DNA of 64,000 bases from Limisphaerales bacterium (GTDB lineage Bacteria > Verrucomicrobiota > Verrucomicrobiia > Limisphaerales > SIBE01), in assembly GCA_044225505.1 (NCBI GenBank), contig JBGAIN010000006.1:1-64000 (forward strand). Direction: 5' to 3'. Made by a program: the position numbers and the translations under genes. The notes below the pieces were generated by a model. The model was given only the letters and a program-made list of their open reading frames with translations. It was not told the DNA's origin and did not search any database. Shown here piece by piece: positions 49,087 to 58,944 of this stretch; position 1 is the stretch's first letter, and each line of letters starts with the position of its first letter.

Positions 49087-50424
49087 ATGAGTGCAAGAAT
49101 CATGGTTGTAGATGATGAGCCCGGCATACGGTCGTTGCTCGCGACGGTGCTCACTAAAGCAAATTACGAGGTTGCTGAAGCAGGGGATGCGACTGCCCTC
49201 AAAGAAGCATTTTCCGGCTCCCAGCCCGAGGTGATCTTGCTCGATTTAAAGCTTCCCGATGCGGAGGGCATGGAACTTCTGCCCATCATTAAGAAGCAAT
49301 GGCCCCAGACTGAAGTCATCATCCTGACGGGACATGCCACGATTGACGCAGCCGTGGCCGCGACCAAGCTGGGAGCTTATGATTTTCAACGGAAACCATT
49401 CGACCACAAGTCTCTGTTGATTGCGGTGGAACGTGCCATAGAGCACAAACAACTCACCGAACAGACGAGTTCCCTGCGGCAAGCCCTTTCCGCGATGAGT
49501 GGTGGCGCTTCGCCAATCTTCCAGAGCCCAGCGATGAAATCGGTGGTGAAAACAGTCGAGCGCGTCGCTCCAAGCGAGGTTTCAGTCTTTATCACCGGGG
49601 AAAGCGGGACAGGAAAAGAAGTGGTGGCGGATCTCGTGCATGCCCTCAGCCCAAGGTCTAAGGGTCCTTTTATCAAGATCAACTGCGCTGCCTTGCCTCG
49701 CGAATTGATCGAAAGCGAGCTGTTTGGATCGGTCAAAGGCGCTTTTACTGGCGCACAAACCGATCGCGAAGGCCTTTTCCGTCAAGCGGACGGAGGCACG
49801 CTGTTACTCGATGAATTGGCAGAAATGCCCGTTGATACTCAAACCAAATTGCTGCGCGTGTTGCAGGAAAAGGAAGTGCGCCCAGTCGGGGGCAAGACCA
49901 CCTACAAGACAAACTGCCGAGTCATCGCCTCGACCAATCAGCAGATCGAGGACGCCATTAAATCCGGGAAACTGCGTCAGGACTTGTACTACCGAATTAG
50001 CACCATCTCAATTCATCTTCCGCCGCTCCGCGAACGCCGCGAGGATGTCATTCCGCTAGGGAATAGCTTTCTAAAGCGGTTTTCCGCCCAGGCTGGCCGG
50101 GTGCTGACGGGCTTTTCGCCCTCCGCCGCGGATCAGTTACGCAATTTCGATTGGCCCGGCAACGTGCGCCAGCTCCAGAACGAGATTCAGCGCGCGGTTC
50201 TGATGACGGAAGGTCCATTGGTCGATGTGCAAGATCTTTCCATTACTCATGTGGCCAGTGGCAAAGACGAGATGGAATTGACCCTTTTGGAAGGGATGGA
50301 GCGCAATACCATCGTGCAGTTGCTTAAGGAGACCGGCGGCAACAAGCTCGAGACCGCGAAGCGGTTGGGCATTGGCCGTCAGACGCTTTACAACAAAATC
50401 AAAGCCTACGGTATTGAAGTTTGA
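49087..50424 (+). CDS. Sigma-54-dependent response regulator (NtrC/AtoC family)
   Basis: REC (VVDDE, LLDLKLPD), GESGTGKE, GAFTGA, WPGNVRQL, Fis HTH. Confidence 0.95.
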   Translation: MSARIMVVDDEPGIRSLLATVLTKANYEVAEAGDATALKEAFSGSQPEVILLDLKLPDAEGMELLPIIKKQWPQTEVIILTGHATIDAAVAATKLGAYDFQRKPFDHKSLLIAVERAIEHKQLTEQTSSLRQALSAMSGGASPIFQSPAMKSVVKTVERVAPSEVSVFITGESGTGKEVVADLVHALSPRSKGPFIKINCAALPRELIESELFGSVKGAFTGAQTDREGLFRQADGGTLLLDELAEMPVDTQTKLLRVLQEKEVRPVGGKTTYKTNCRVIASTNQQIEDAIKSGKLRQDLYYRISTISIHLPPLRERREDVIPLGNSFLKRFSAQAGRVLTGFSPSAADQLRNFDWPGNVRQLQNEIQRAVLMTEGPLVDVQDLSITHVASGKDEMELTLLEGMERNTIVQLLKETGGNKLETAKRLGIGRQTLYNKIKAYGIEV

Positions 50425-50860
50425 CCGCGTTGGTCGCGTTCGCGGCGGTTGCAGCTCGACGGTAACAGGCGTCGATCAGTCGGTTGTGGTTCTTGCCGGG
50501 ATGTTCCAGCCGCGAAAGGTAGAGGAAGAACGGGCGATCCAATCCCCAAGACACGGAGGCTTGATGGCGCGCCGCAGCGCTGTTTCCAGGGCAAAACCGA
50601 GTGTGGTCTAGCCCGTTGTGGATGATGCGAACCCGCTCGCTCGGCAGACTGAAAAAGCGTTCGATGACTTGCGCTGTCGATCGGCTAACAGCGATAAACT
50701 CATCTTGGCGCGCGGCCAAGACAGGCACGACGACTCTCCCGTAGCACATACGGGCCGGGCCTTTCCGGCCCACCAGGACCGTGTGAGCCAGGCCCCGGCT
50801 CCCCGCATAATGCAGAAGGCCGCTCTCTTCGGTGCCCAAATTCAAAAGAGACTTGCCCAC
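50399..50860 (-). pseudogene. Internal fragment of a GT4 glycosyltransferase
   Basis: FIAVSRSTA...RIIHNGLDH...FLYLSRLEHPGKNH; lacks N-terminus and the C-terminal EGFG region. Confidence 0.7.
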
Positions 50861-50863
50861 GGC

Positions 50864-51130
50864 TCACGAAGGATCGTGGCGCGAGTCGGTTCCGAACATT
50901 TTGACGAGCTTGTTATAGAGTCCCAAAAGCAAGAAGGTTGGAGCCCACTGCCCCACGAACGTTGAATCGCGGTCGCGGCCCGAGAGTTTCAGTGCGAGCG
51001 ATACCGCAATCGAGCCGCCCGCGGCCCACAGAAACATATCGGAGGGCAGTTTTGCTGTCTGCGTTTCAATGGCGGTTGCGACCTTTCCTTCAGGATATCG
51101 ATGAGTACTCGTGAGATCTTTTACGTCCAT
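50864..51130 (-). CDS. Small conserved membrane protein
   Basis: EGKVATAIE.QTAKLPSD.FLWAA...FVGQWAPTFLLLGLYNKLVK; aaggag RBS. Confidence 0.8.
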   Translation of the reverse strand: MDVKDLTSTHRYPEGKVATAIETQTAKLPSDMFLWAAGGSIAVSLALKLSGRDRDSTFVGQWAPTFLLLGLYNKLVKMFGTDSRHDPS

Positions 51131-51355
51131 AGTTGACTCCTTGTTTAATCGCCGGTCCCTAGGCACTGAATGAAATCGTCCACGCCGACCGGGAATGTTG
51201 AAATAACTCTACTAGTCTCAGGGCGGTTGGCTATCAGGCATGTCCCCCATTTAGAAGTGCAACTTTACCTCTCGGTCTGGAGAATTATTCAGGGTGAACC
51301 TCCCAGTTCCAGAGTTTAGATTGAAGAGTGGTACTACTCAACCAAGGAGATACTT

Positions 51356-52702
51356 ATGCCAGAGAATATCGATCGTAAGAATGTGAACAAAGAAAATCGT
51401 GAAGCGAACCGTGATCCGATCACAGGTGCAGCGGGAGCTCACCCGGTAGGCACGGGAATTGGTGCCGCTGCTGGTGGCGCCGCTGGACTCGCAGGTGGAG
51501 CTGCCGCCGGTGCCGCAGCTGGAATGGTAGGGGCTGGTCCAATCGGCGGCGCTGTCGGCGCGGCCGTCGGGGCCGTGCTTGGTGGACTGGCTGGTAAAGG
51601 CGTGGCCGAGCAGGTGAATCCGACGGCCGAAGACGCTTATTGGAAGGACCGATACGCAAGTGAGCCTTACTACGACCAGGGTTATACCTATGACGATTAT
51701 CGTGGTGCTTATCGAACGGGCTACGAAGGCTATTCACGCTTAGGCCATACCGGAAAGCGTTACGAAGACATCGAAGCCGAGTTGAGACGCGATTATGAAA
51801 GAAACTTCGCAACCTCTCGGCTGGACTGGGAAAAGGCGCGACCTGCGGTGCGCGCTGCGTGGCAACGGTTCGACCAAGACCTCGGCCGCTATATCGGCTA
51901 TGACGTGGTAGATCGTAATGGCAATAACATCGGGACGTTAGACTGTTTGTGGACCGATCATTTAGGGCAACCTGCCTTTGTCGGTGTCAGAACAGGCTGG
52001 TTCCTCGGTAAGACCCACGTTGTTCCTGCAGAGAGCGTCGAGGTCAGTGAATCGGGACAGCGGTTGCGCCTCCCTTACACGGAAGAAAAGGTAAAGGAAG
52101 CCCCGGCTTACGATCCGGATGAGGAAATGACGCTCGAGATCGAATCTGAGGTCCAACGTTTCTACGGCGTCACGGCGCGAACCGGGGCGAATAGCAGTAG
52201 CTCCACGGTTTCCGGAATGACAGGGCTGGCGCACGAAGCGGCGGCTCGCGCCGCAGATGTGCCTCCGCTGGTTGAGAGCAGGACGCGCTCCGAGACACCG
52301 CGGGAGGAAGCGACAATGCAGCTATCTGAGGAGAACCTCCGCATTGATAAGCGCGAAGTGGAAGCTGGGGGCGTCCGTTTGCGGAAGATCGTGCGAACGG
52401 AGATCGTCAATCAACCGGTGGAACTGCGCCGCGAAGAGGTGGTCATCGAACGCGTGCCGACAGCTCAAGCGCGGACAGGTGAGGCTTCTTTCGGTGAACA
52501 AGAAGTCTATATCCCGCTGCGACGTGAAGAAGCTGTTGTTCACAAAGAGACACGCGTCCGCGAAGAAGTAAGAGCGCGAAAGGAGAGCCAGACGGATACA
52601 CAGCGCGTGTCCGAACAGGTCCGCAAAGAAGACGTCGAGATCGAAAGAACGGGCGAGGCCAAAGATTCTGGCAACCGAGCTTCGCGCACGCGCAAGCCAT
52701 AG
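51356..52702 (+). CDS. Gly-zipper + PRC-barrel + DUF2382 (YsnF/AvaK-like) stress protein
   Basis: NRDPITG..GAHPVGTG Gly zipper; YDVVDRNG..IG PRC barrel; EENLRIDKREVEAGGVRLRK; aaggag RBS. Confidence 0.88.
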   Translation: MPENIDRKNVNKENREANRDPITGAAGAHPVGTGIGAAAGGAAGLAGGAAAGAAAGMVGAGPIGGAVGAAVGAVLGGLAGKGVAEQVNPTAEDAYWKDRYASEPYYDQGYTYDDYRGAYRTGYEGYSRLGHTGKRYEDIEAELRRDYERNFATSRLDWEKARPAVRAAWQRFDQDLGRYIGYDVVDRNGNNIGTLDCLWTDHLGQPAFVGVRTGWFLGKTHVVPAESVEVSESGQRLRLPYTEEKVKEAPAYDPDEEMTLEIESEVQRFYGVTARTGANSSSSTVSGMTGLAHEAAARAADVPPLVESRTRSETPREEATMQLSEENLRIDKREVEAGGVRLRKIVRTEIVNQPVELRREEVVIERVPTAQARTGEASFGEQEVYIPLRREEAVVHKETRVREEVRARKESQTDTQRVSEQVRKEDVEIERTGEAKDSGNRASRTRKP

Positions 52703-52777
52703 CCCGAGCGTGATGGGCTCTCTTATTAGGGTTAGCACGGCCAATTCTAAATTGGCCGTGCACCCATGCAGCAGCGG

Positions 52778-53878
52778 TTAAATGAGAACCGGCTTTGTAT
52801 GGGGCAAGCCGTGGGCCAGGGCCACCGCCTGACAGGTAATGGCTCCTTTCCATACGTTGATGCCGTCGCGAATGGCAGGACGCTTCGTGCACGCCTCAGC
52901 CAACCCGTAGTCTGCCAGTGTCTCAATATACGGATGGGTCACATTGGTCAGCGCTTGCGTGGCCGTCCGGGCGTATGCGCCAGGCATATTGGCGACGCAG
53001 TAATGCACCACGCCTTCTTCCGTGTAAACGGGGTTATTATGGGTCGTGGGCCGCGACGTTTCTGCGCAGCCGCCCTGATCGATGGCGATATCGACGAGCA
53101 CGCTTCCCGGCCGCATGCATCGGAGCATGTCGCGCTTGATCAACTTTGGCGCCTTTGCGCCAGGCAATAACACTGCGCCAATCAATAGATCAACGTTCGG
53201 CAACAACTCCAGCAAGTGCGTTTCATTCGAGTAAAGGGTATGGGCACTATGAATCGTGATGTCGAGAAAGCGCATCCGTTCAAGGTCCACTTCCAGGATA
53301 GTCACGTCTGCTCCCAGCCCCGTAGCCATTCGCGCGGCGTTGATGCCTGAAACACCGCCCCCCAAAACGACCACTCGGCCAGGCAGAACGCCTGGAACAC
53401 CGCCTAACAGGACGCCGCTGCCGCCGCAGTGTTTTGCCAAGTAATAGCCACCCACGATAATTGACATTCGTCCGGCGATCTCGCTCATGGGCTCAAGAAG
53501 CGGAAGGCGGCGGTTCACCTCGATGGTCTCATAAGCCAATGCTGTCACACCGCTACGAAGCAACGCTTCGGTCAACTCGAGCGACGCTGCCAAATGCAAG
53601 TAGGTGAATAGAATCTGGCCTGGACGGAGCAGAGAGTATTCCTCCGGCAGCGGCTCCTTCACTTTTACAACCATCTCGGCATCAAATAGCGCTTTGTGAT
53701 CCGCAACCAACTGAGCCCCCGCTTTGGCGTAGTCTTCATCTGGGTAACCCGAGCCGAGACCCGCCCCACGCTCCACCAGCACTTGGTGACCGCGCCGGAC
53801 GAGTTGGTAGACGGAGGCAGGCAACATAGCGACACGAAATTCCTGCTCTTTAATTTCCCTGGGGATACCAATGATCAT
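52778..53878 (-). CDS. ald: Alanine dehydrogenase
   Basis: [47 protein letters not shown]. Confidence 0.97.
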   Translation of the reverse strand: MIIGIPREIKEQEFRVAMLPASVYQLVRRGHQVLVERGAGLGSGYPDEDYAKAGAQLVADHKALFDAEMVVKVKEPLPEEYSLLRPGQILFTYLHLAASLELTEALLRSGVTALAYETIEVNRRLPLLEPMSEIAGRMSIIVGGYYLAKHCGGSGVLLGGVPGVLPGRVVVLGGGVSGINAARMATGLGADVTILEVDLERMRFLDITIHSAHTLYSNETHLLELLPNVDLLIGAVLLPGAKAPKLIKRDMLRCMRPGSVLVDIAIDQGGCAETSRPTTHNNPVYTEEGVVHYCVANMPGAYARTATQALTNVTHPYIETLADYGLAEACTKRPAIRDGINVWKGAITCQAVALAHGLPHTKPVLI

Positions 53879-53927
53879 AGCGACCTATTCTTCTTTTCGC
53901 AGACGGTGTTCAGCCATTTCGTCGGGT

Positions 53928-54611
53928 TTAGATCAGATCCAAATGCGTTCTTTCGCTTGGCGGCAACCGATGCAGCATTTCTTCGCAGCGCTCGAGCGTC
54001 TGACGCAACTTCTCGTCATGCGGGGTTATGCGCAGCGCCGCGCGCATGCAGCGGCAGGCCTCCTCTAGCTCTCCCAAATGGACATGACAAAGTCCCATGC
54101 CTTGCCACGCTCCGAAATGGTTTGGATTCATGGTCACCACCCGCTTGGCGTCCGTGATTGCCTCCTGATACCGGCCTAGCTCCCACAGCAGCGTGGCGCG
54201 TCGATTCCAGCCTTCTGGATACGCCGGATAACGTTCTGTAACTTCTGTGAGAATTTGCAGTGCTTCTGGATAAGCCTTTCGCGCAATGGCTTGATTCGCA
54301 GTTTGCACTCGCCGAAACGCGCGATGCCCGCCGGCACGCAGCCAAAGGTCCCATAGCGAATTGATTGCCACCATCCGGGCATTTGGAGATGCCGCTTTGA
54401 GCGCTCGGATCAGCTGGGTTTCACCGTTCAAATAAGCCAAGTCAAACCCGGCGGAAGCTTGTTCTTTCTCGTTACCGCCCAACAATTGACGGTAAAGCCG
54501 CTCTTTGTTCCACGAACTATACTGGCCGACGAGGATACCGATGTAGATCGCCACAAACACGCCAAAGCAGAGATAGACCCTCCTTAACAGCGGTGTGAAG
54601 ACCCGGTGCAC
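53928..54611 (-). CDS. Membrane-anchored HEAT/TPR protein
   Basis: N-terminal TM; EGWNRRATL...NPNHFGAWQGMG TPRs. Confidence 0.8.
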   Translation of the reverse strand: MHRVFTPLLRRVYLCFGVFVAIYIGILVGQYSSWNKERLYRQLLGGNEKEQASAGFDLAYLNGETQLIRALKAASPNARMVAINSLWDLWLRAGGHRAFRRVQTANQAIARKAYPEALQILTEVTERYPAYPEGWNRRATLLWELGRYQEAITDAKRVVTMNPNHFGAWQGMGLCHVHLGELEEACRCMRAALRITPHDEKLRQTLERCEEMLHRLPPSERTHLDLI

Positions 54612-54758
54612 GTTTCAACTATAGAAGCGAATTCTGGCAGGGCAAGTGTCGCGTGGACGGATTCGCGCGGTGATGACCTCGATCAGAGCGCGGCTTGTCC
54701 GCAGGATCACCTGCAGCGCTGCTAGGCATTCCTGGCCTACCGAGCTTCACCGGCAGGT

Positions 54759-56072
54759 CTACAGAATATTTGCCGCCAGTTCCGCCAACTCGGAACGCTC
54801 ACCTTTTTGGAGTTCGATATGGGCTGCGATCGCTTCCGAACGGAACTTGCTCACGATATAGTTGAAACCGTTCGAGGCCGAATCGACGTAGGGATTGTCG
54901 ATTTGATACGGATCACCTGTGAAGACAATCTTCGTCCCTTCCCCGACTCGTGTTACAATCGTCTTGGCTTCCAGCGGCGTTAGGTTCTGCGCTTCATCGA
55001 TGACCATGAACTGATTTGCAATGCTCCGGCCGCGGATATAACTCAATGCTTCGACCGCAATCAGTCCAGATCGGATCAAGTCGTGACTGCGACGATGTTC
55101 GTGACCCATGTTCAAGTCGCCCAGGAGTTCGAGCGTATCGTGAATCGGTTGCATCCACGGTGTCAGTTTCTCCTCAAGGGTTCCTGGCAGGAAACCAAGC
55201 TCTTTGCCGAGGGAAATCGTGGGGCGGGCCACGATCAGGCGGCGGTACTCACGGTCCAAAACCGTGCATTTGAGCCCAGCTGCCATTGCCATCAGCGTTT
55301 TGCCGGTCCCGGCCTTGCCCATGAGTGTCACCAACTTGATGCGCTCGTCCAGGAGCGCATCAAACGCAAAATGCTGCTCCCGGTTTCGTGGCTTGATACC
55401 CCACACCCCTTCTCTCGAATCGATAATGGGAACGAGCTTCGTTGCGGAAACGTCCACGCGTGTCAGGGCGGTCCGGCGGGGATTGTCTTTTTCGGTCAGG
55501 ACACAATACTCGTTGGGGCGGAAATCCGATCCCGCCTCCAACTCCAGCTCACCGTTAGAGCGGAACTGGGTCAGCTTCTCGGGAGTGACCTGCCGTTCGA
55601 ACATCCCTGTGTAGAGCTCTGTCAAGAAGATCCGATCCGTCTCGTAGTCTTCCGCTTGAATCCCGAGCGCGTCGGCTTTAATGCGCAAATTGATGTCTTT
55701 CGTGACGAGCACTGTCGGAATCTCCGGGTGCGCTTTCTGGATCCCCAAGGCGAGCGCAACAATTCGGCTGTCGACCGTGTTGTTGCCAAAAGTAATGGAG
55801 CCATTGCCGTTCTTTTCCTGAAAAACGATACGGAGCCGTCCGCCATTTTTCAGCTGAACTCCTTCGCTCAGGCGGCCTTGCTCTCTCAGGCCGTCGAGCG
55901 TTCGCGACACGGTTCGGGCGTTTTGACCCAACTCCGTCGGCTCGCGCTTGAATCGGTCGATCTCCTCGATGATTTCGATGGGAATAAGGACGTTATTTTC
56001 CTGAAAACTGACCAGGGCATTGGGGTCGTGAAGCAGAACGTTGGTGTCCAGTATGTAATTCTTTGGGCCCAT
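54759..56072 (-). CDS. PhoH family protein with N-terminal PIN domain (YlaK/PhoH2-like)
   Basis: YILDTNVLLHDP, TKDINLR, GKAGTGKT, IRGRSI, DEAQNLT. Confidence 0.93.
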   Translation of the reverse strand: MGPKNYILDTNVLLHDPNALVSFQENNVLIPIEIIEEIDRFKREPTELGQNARTVSRTLDGLREQGRLSEGVQLKNGGRLRIVFQEKNGNGSITFGNNTVDSRIVALALGIQKAHPEIPTVLVTKDINLRIKADALGIQAEDYETDRIFLTELYTGMFERQVTPEKLTQFRSNGELELEAGSDFRPNEYCVLTEKDNPRRTALTRVDVSATKLVPIIDSREGVWGIKPRNREQHFAFDALLDERIKLVTLMGKAGTGKTLMAMAAGLKCTVLDREYRRLIVARPTISLGKELGFLPGTLEEKLTPWMQPIHDTLELLGDLNMGHEHRRSHDLIRSGLIAVEALSYIRGRSIANQFMVIDEAQNLTPLEAKTIVTRVGEGTKIVFTGDPYQIDNPYVDSASNGFNYIVSKFRSEAIAAHIELQKGERSELAELAANIL

Positions 56073-56388
56073 AGATAAAAAACGATCTCTTGAAAATCCA
56101 GGCAGGCGGGCACTCTGGACCTATCGCAGTCCTCGCGAAACACCCACTGACTTTGAAGCTCTGGAATCAAGCGCATTCAGCCTTTGCCATCTTGCCGCAA
56201 CTGCGGCGTTCAAGCAATGACTCAATCCCACTCGGAAGGAAAAAACTATCGGGCCCAACTCCTGGTCCAGGCCTAGCCCGCGGTGCGCCCTGCCGCGGGC
56301 CAGGTGCTGGCCCAGGCCAAGAGGCCGAGTTCGCCTTTAACCCACGAAGATTGTCCGGTTTGCGTCGTTTGTGGCAGCTTTAGGGAAA

Positions 56389-57975
56389 ATGACTGCTGGA
56401 GCCCAATCTGACCCGCGGTTGGTGGCTGATTTTGTGCAGGACTCATCGGAATCGGCATTCCGAGCGATTGTCGCTCGGCATGTCGATTTGGTTTACGCCA
56501 CGGCGCTCCGCCAGCTTGGCAACGCGAGCTTGGCCGAGGAAGTCACGCAAAACGTCTTCGTCGTGCTGGCGCGGAAGGCGCCACGCCTTGCTGGCATCCA
56601 AACTTTGGCTGGCTGGCTGCATCGCACAGCGATTCTGGAATCAAAAGTCCGCTTGCGATCAGAGCTGCGGCGACAACAACGGGAGCATAAGGCGGGCGAA
56701 ATGGCCGCTCTGCAGCGCGAAGGGGAATCGCCTATGGCGCCGCTCATTCCTCTCGTCGACGAAGCGCTGTTGCACCTTCGAGAGCACGACCGAACCGCTC
56801 TCGTTTTGCGATTTCTTGAAGAGCGCAGTCTCTATGAAGTGGGGAAAGCTCTGGGGATCAATGAAGATGCCGCGCGAAAGCGGGTCGCGCGCGCCCTGGA
56901 ACGAGTGGCCCGCTTTTTCCGTGATCGTGGTTTCGCGGTGCCCGCCGGAACAGCGGCCGCTGCCTTGCTCGCGGACTCTGTTGCAGGCGCGCCGGCCGCA
57001 TTGGCCATGACGGTGGCGCAAGTGGGAATCGCCGCGGGAACCAGCGTTTCTGGAATCAATCTGGTTTTGTTTCATCTTATGACGCTTACCAAAACTCAAG
57101 CCGTGCTTCTGGGAGCATTCGTCTGCGCTGTGCCATTGGCCTGGCAACGAAAAGCTGCAGCGGCGTTAGATCGAACTCATTCCCAGCTAACATCGCAAAT
57201 CGCATCCACGGAATCGCGCGCCTTAGCGCTCGACCGGGATTCGGCCTCGCTGCGCGAATCCGCCCGCAGCACTCTCGCCCGGACACTTCACGCTCAGAAC
57301 CGGACAGCGCACTTGCAGGCGATGCTTAACGGCCGGGAAGCTTTCCCGATCTACCAATGGGACGATCGCAACTGGCTCTTGCGGATCCCGAAGGAGTTCA
57401 TGGAGAGGCTCGATGTTTCGGCGACATCCGACAAGCGCGGTCATTTAACCGAACAAATCAAGGAAGTGCTTCAACTTAACGAAGGCGAGAGTGAACTGAC
57501 CCAAACCGCCGTCGAACGCTTTCTCGCAGGATATCGAGAGGCTCAGGGCCAATTGATGCATTCTGTTCCTCCCGCTGCCAACGAGCTTAATGGTGTAACT
57601 CCAGACGACGTCCGATCGTTCGAATTGAAAAGCGTTGCCGGCCAGATCAAACCTCTTCGAGAAAGCCTGTTTCGCGACCTGGAAAACGCGCTTGGCCCTG
57701 ATCGCGCCCGCATCTTTCAGAATGCGCTGAGATATTGGATGCCAATCAACGACGAAGCGGGGGGACTGAGTTCGTCCATGGCCGTTTTTGATTTCGATCA
57801 TCGCCAGTTTTTTGGACGTCCCAAACCGGGCGATGAATACCTGACTTGGGGCGTGACGAGGCGAAACGGCGGACTCATTCGGGCCACCATGGCCATCGAG
57901 GACATTCCCGACATGTTCCGTTCTGCGCTCCAGGATTGGATCGCGCTCGCGCAAAGCAGACCCTCGCAGCCGTGA
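56389..57975 (+). CDS. ECF sigma factor with TM segment and large C-terminal extension
   Basis: AFRAIVARHVDLVYATALR, LAEEVTQNVFVVLARKA, AARKRVARAL, then Ala-rich linker, TM, coiled coil and a ~200-aa domain. Confidence 0.9.
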   Translation: MTAGAQSDPRLVADFVQDSSESAFRAIVARHVDLVYATALRQLGNASLAEEVTQNVFVVLARKAPRLAGIQTLAGWLHRTAILESKVRLRSELRRQQREHKAGEMAALQREGESPMAPLIPLVDEALLHLREHDRTALVLRFLEERSLYEVGKALGINEDAARKRVARALERVARFFRDRGFAVPAGTAAAALLADSVAGAPAALAMTVAQVGIAAGTSVSGINLVLFHLMTLTKTQAVLLGAFVCAVPLAWQRKAAAALDRTHSQLTSQIASTESRALALDRDSASLRESARSTLARTLHAQNRTAHLQAMLNGREAFPIYQWDDRNWLLRIPKEFMERLDVSATSDKRGHLTEQIKEVLQLNEGESELTQTAVERFLAGYREAQGQLMHSVPPAANELNGVTPDDVRSFELKSVAGQIKPLRESLFRDLENALGPDRARIFQNALRYWMPINDEAGGLSSSMAVFDFDHRQFFGRPKPGDEYLTWGVTRRNGGLIRATMAIEDIPDMFRSALQDWIALAQSRPSQP

Positions 57976-58898
57976 AATCATTCACCTTTAAAAACACCCT
58001 CTGGGGCCGAGTTATTAGTCTCGAGTGGGTGCCCCTGCAAAAGCGCGCGCTGATCTTATTCCTTGCGACCCTGGCAGCGGTCGCCGTCCTTGTCCAAAGT
58101 CTGAACCTTAGACAACTCAGACAGAGCGTGGCGCGCGCTGAAAATCAAAAGGGAACTGCAGACGCCCACTTGATCCGTGCCGCGAAAGCCGTGGAAGACG
58201 CGCGCGCCCTGTTGAAACAACAAGAGTCCGACTGGCAGCGCGCTCAAGCCGAGTCAGCGGCGGCAGAAAATCGATTGCTTCTTCAAAATCCGGAGTCGCG
58301 ATGGGCGTTGCCCCCAAGAACCTGGCCAGAATGGGATCCCGCATCTCCGTACGTGTGGTTACGGAAGGAACTGCTTCCCCTGTTTTCGGTTCCTGCGTTC
58401 GATAAAGACGGGAGTCTGACAGCGGAAACGGCTGCGTTCCTGGCCGTAGACAAAGATGCTCGCGATGGTTTGAATCAACGAATGAAGCAGGTGCTAGCAC
58501 AATACCGCGAGCTCGAGACGCGCCATGCGGAAGTCATCCCGGAACCGCTTCCGGGCATGCCTCAAGATGGTTCGGCCGTCACGGTCCAAGTTCGCCCCCT
58601 TCGCGAAGAGGGAGAGCGACTAAAAAAGGCTTTCGAATCGCAGCTTCGCGATGGACTCGGCGAGCAACGGGGAGAACTGCTGCTGCAGAGTGCCAAAGAG
58701 TGGTTGGACTCCACCTTCGGCGCGGCGTCGGACTTGCCTGTGATTATCTCCGCCGTTCGCGATACGGACAACACGTTTCGCGTGAGCATTCGATCCGGGA
58801 CGAGCTGGATCTCGGTTGGCGGAACACCAGGCCTCGCAAGCTATATCCCAGCCCATTTGCTCCCGTTCTTTGATGCTCTGGTTCAGCCGGACGGATAG
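57972..58898 (+). CDS. Membrane-anchored protein paralogous to the C-terminal extension of the upstream sigma
   Basis: GTGA overlap; TM + coiled coil + WD..SPYVWLRKE...LGEQR motifs colinear with the sigma extension. Confidence 0.75.
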   Translation: MKSFTFKNTLWGRVISLEWVPLQKRALILFLATLAAVAVLVQSLNLRQLRQSVARAENQKGTADAHLIRAAKAVEDARALLKQQESDWQRAQAESAAAENRLLLQNPESRWALPPRTWPEWDPASPYVWLRKELLPLFSVPAFDKDGSLTAETAAFLAVDKDARDGLNQRMKQVLAQYRELETRHAEVIPEPLPGMPQDGSAVTVQVRPLREEGERLKKAFESQLRDGLGEQRGELLLQSAKEWLDSTFGAASDLPVIISAVRDTDNTFRVSIRSGTSWISVGGTPGLASYIPAHLLPFFDALVQPDG

Positions 58899-58944
58899 AA
58901 CTCAAGCGTTGAAGAAACCTGCGGAACTCCTATGAAATGAGGTC

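Noticed and set aside
54759..56072. PIN-PhoH gene as a toxin-antitoxin or defence system
   Set aside because: Widespread housekeeping-type family; no convincing antitoxin ORF upstream
55083..56078. 331-aa + strand ORF (likewise 39103-40062, 33002-33718, 13216-14085, 58966-59775)
   Set aside because: Antisense shadows of well-supported genes with no motifs of their own
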